This document shows positions 62,338 through 64,000 of a stretch of DNA of 64,000 nucleotides, in pieces. Source of the stretch: a virus (taxonomy: Duplodnaviria; Caudoviricetes). The position numbers were made by a program, and so were the translations under genes. Under the pieces are notes generated by a model, which was not told the DNA's origin, ran no database searches, and saw nothing but the letters and a program-made list of their open reading frames with translations. Within the stretch, counting starts at the first letter, position 1. Each line of letters opens with the position of its first letter. The DNA lies in IMG/VR virus record IMGVR_UViG_2595698668_000001, positions 32,001 to 96,000 of that record. One strand, 5' to 3'.

Positions 62338-62828
62338 TATTTTGTCCCCGACGAACCAATCCCAGCAGAACCACGAACAGTTTGTGTATTGAAATCATCA
62401 ACTTGGTTAAACTTGATCTGATTGAATACAGGAATGAACACCATCTGACAGAAACGCTCACCCTTCGGAATATGGAGAACCTTGTTGAAACTCATCGGGT
62501 CATCTTCGTTAACAATATGTTCATTCCGAACCTTCACCATGATCTCACCATGATAGTTACCGTCGATAAGACCAACTGTGTTAGCCAATCGGGTATAAAA
62601 TTTGAACCCGAGACCAGAACGAGGGAGAATCATTGCAGCAATACCAACACCCTGAATACCAGTATCGATCTGGCTCATATCAAATCGCATACCAGTGTTA
62701 ACGATGATGTCTTCGCCCGGTTTCAACATAATAGCTTCTGGGGTGCGAAGGTCAATAGCTGCATCGCCTTCTCGTTGAAAATCAGGACACACACCATATT
62801 CAAAACCACTAATAAAATTCATTTCCAT
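62337..62828 (-). CDS. dut: Trimeric dUTPase
   Basis: A.IDL, PRSGLG, NTVGLID..Y.GEI, GERFCQ and RG..G.GSSG motifs. Confidence 0.95.
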   Translation of the reverse strand: MEMNFISGFEYGVCPDFQREGDAAIDLRTPEAIMLKPGEDIIVNTGMRFDMSQIDTGIQGVGIAAMILPRSGLGFKFYTRLANTVGLIDGNYHGEIMVKVRNEHIVNEDDPMSFNKVLHIPKGERFCQMVFIPVFNQIKFNQVDDFNTQTVRGSAGIGSSGTK

Positions 62829-62840
62829 TTTTATTCTCTC

Positions 62841-63215
62841 TTATTTCAATTTTTCAGATAAAAAGGCTGCGAGCTGCTTCCGACTCTCGCCATATTCAAG
62901 TTCATAGTGACTATCCGCTTCATCGTACATAATCCCATGATGGATATCACTATAAGGGGATTTTACGGGATAACCGTCATCACCAGAAAAATGTTCCCAT
63001 TCAACCCAATACAAGGCAAATACCTCACTCATACAAACACATTCTATGTGGTTCTGTTTTTCGAACGTATCATCATAGTCTGTACAATAATGCCAATCTT
63101 GGTTGCAAAGACCAATTTCAAAACACCACCATTCAGGAAAGACCCCAACCGATACGTTACAAAGAACCTCAGAAACGGTCATTTTATAATCTTGTTCATT
63201 TTCAATATACATCAC
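62841..63215 (-). CDS. Hypothetical protein, paralog of 35078-35452
   Basis: GLC, WEHFSG...YPV and YG..R..LA motifs. Confidence 0.75.
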   Translation of the reverse strand: MMYIENEQDYKMTVSEVLCNVSVGVFPEWWCFEIGLCNQDWHYCTDYDDTFEKQNHIECVCMSEVFALYWVEWEHFSGDDGYPVKSPYSDIHHGIMYDEADSHYELEYGESRKQLAAFLSEKLK

Positions 63216-64000
63216 GAAATCCTCTTATGTCCAAATTTACGCCACTTGCTAAGTGCAAGTTCAGCTCTCAAACCACTATATGTGTGGTCTTTCAGGTATT
63301 GTACCACATCATCTATGGTTGCGCCATCGTTTTTAATGAAATCATTGATATCCTTGGAAGGCCAAGGACATTCATCCCAGATAACAACCTTTTCACCGGC
63401 TTTGATTAGATTTTCGATCCGTTTTAGTGTGTCAAATGATCGACCCTCTTTATCAAGTACCCATACCCGTTTATCTGGGAACGGTGCATCTTCAAGAGCC
63501 ATAACACCACCGACGATAGCACATGCATTAGGGATGAACACACTGTCAATTGGTCCTTCCAACATCCAAACTGTTTTTGATTGATCTACACGTTCCATAC
63601 CGTATACTTTCGACGCTTTGTCATCAGCCTTGATAGTCAAATATCGTCTACTCTTATCAACGTTTGGGTCTAATGCTCGACCCTGCAAAGATGAATATGT
63701 TCCATCTTTGTTATAGATTGGGATAACCAATCGATATTCTTTCTTATCGTCATACAGATAGGTTTCTGGTTTAACACTATTAGCAACCTTCTTCCAATCC
63801 GCAGTAAAGAAGAACAGTTTGTATTGATGTTTTGGGATTTTACGAGCTGCAACCCATTTCACGGCTGGATGATTTTCTGGGAGATCCGCTATACAAGTTG
63901 AATATGGTATCACACTCTTTGTGATTAGTTCAACTGGTTTCTCAACTGTTTTTTTAGTTTCGAACCATTCGCTGTCGTCTTTGTTTGCAAATTTTTCCTT
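63212..64000 (-). CDS. 61: DNA primase (5' part outside the window)
   Basis: Frame open to the window end; RLVIPI, QGRAL, Y.TIK, EGPIDS.F.PN and W.SKDIND motifs of T4 gp61. Confidence 0.95.
   Translation of the reverse strand, partial: KEKFANKDDSEWFETKKTVEKPVELITKSVIPYSTCIADLPENHPAVKWVAARKIPKHQYKLFFFTADWKKVANSVKPETYLYDDKKEYRLVIPIYNKDGTYSSLQGRALDPNVDKSRRYLTIKADDKASKVYGMERVDQSKTVWMLEGPIDSVFIPNACAIVGGVMALEDAPFPDKRVWVLDKEGRSFDTLKRIENLIKAGEKVVIWDECPWPSKDINDFIKNDGATIDDVVQYLKDHTYSGLRAELALSKWRKFGHKRIS

Noticed and set aside
1-64000. tRNA genes, CRISPR arrays, integrase or transposase
   Set aside because: No cloverleaf with T-loop consensus in an intergenic gap, no regularly spaced repeats and no recombinase motifs were recognised by eye; a tRNA scan would be needed to exclude them formally

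Overview
64 kb of an AT-rich T4-like (Tevenvirinae/Straboviridae-type) myophage genome. Essentially all genes are on the minus strand; the gene set suggests a gammaproteobacterial host such as Aeromonas (inference). Recognisable T4-type genes in transcription order: gp61 primase (truncated by the window edge), dUTPase, dexA, fused topoisomerase 39+60, rIIA, rIIB, alc, vs.1-like transglycosylase, pseT, cd, 31, 30.9-like, nrdC.11-like, 30.3-like NADAR, frd, td, denA, rnlA. These are embedded in long runs of small early hypothetical ORFs driven by sigma70-like promoters. Accessory functions include a Prs-like plus NAMPT-like pair (NARP1-type NAD+ rebuilding), a CCA-adding enzyme within an RNA-repair-like cluster, a UV-damage endonuclease, a permuted DNA methyltransferase, a 2OG-Fe(II) oxygenase-like protein, and PspA-, TraR-, SprT- and GNAT-like proteins. 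The most notable observations are: (1) a translationally coupled NADAR / R-S-E ADP-ribosyltransferase-like / Prs-like trio upstream of the NAMPT-like gene; (2) an acyl-carrier-protein-like domain lacking the phosphopantetheine serine fused to RIIB; (3) two small proteins with W-x-S-S...C tails coupled to a nucleotidyltransferase; (4) a ~90 bp structured element containing TATAAATA present twice in inverted orientation 49 kb apart; (5) a probable capsid-internal polyprotein with an RNase-toxin-like domain. No tRNA, rRNA or CRISPR array was recognised. All assignments come from motif recognition by eye; no database searches were run, and many small hypothetical ORFs are not listed individually.
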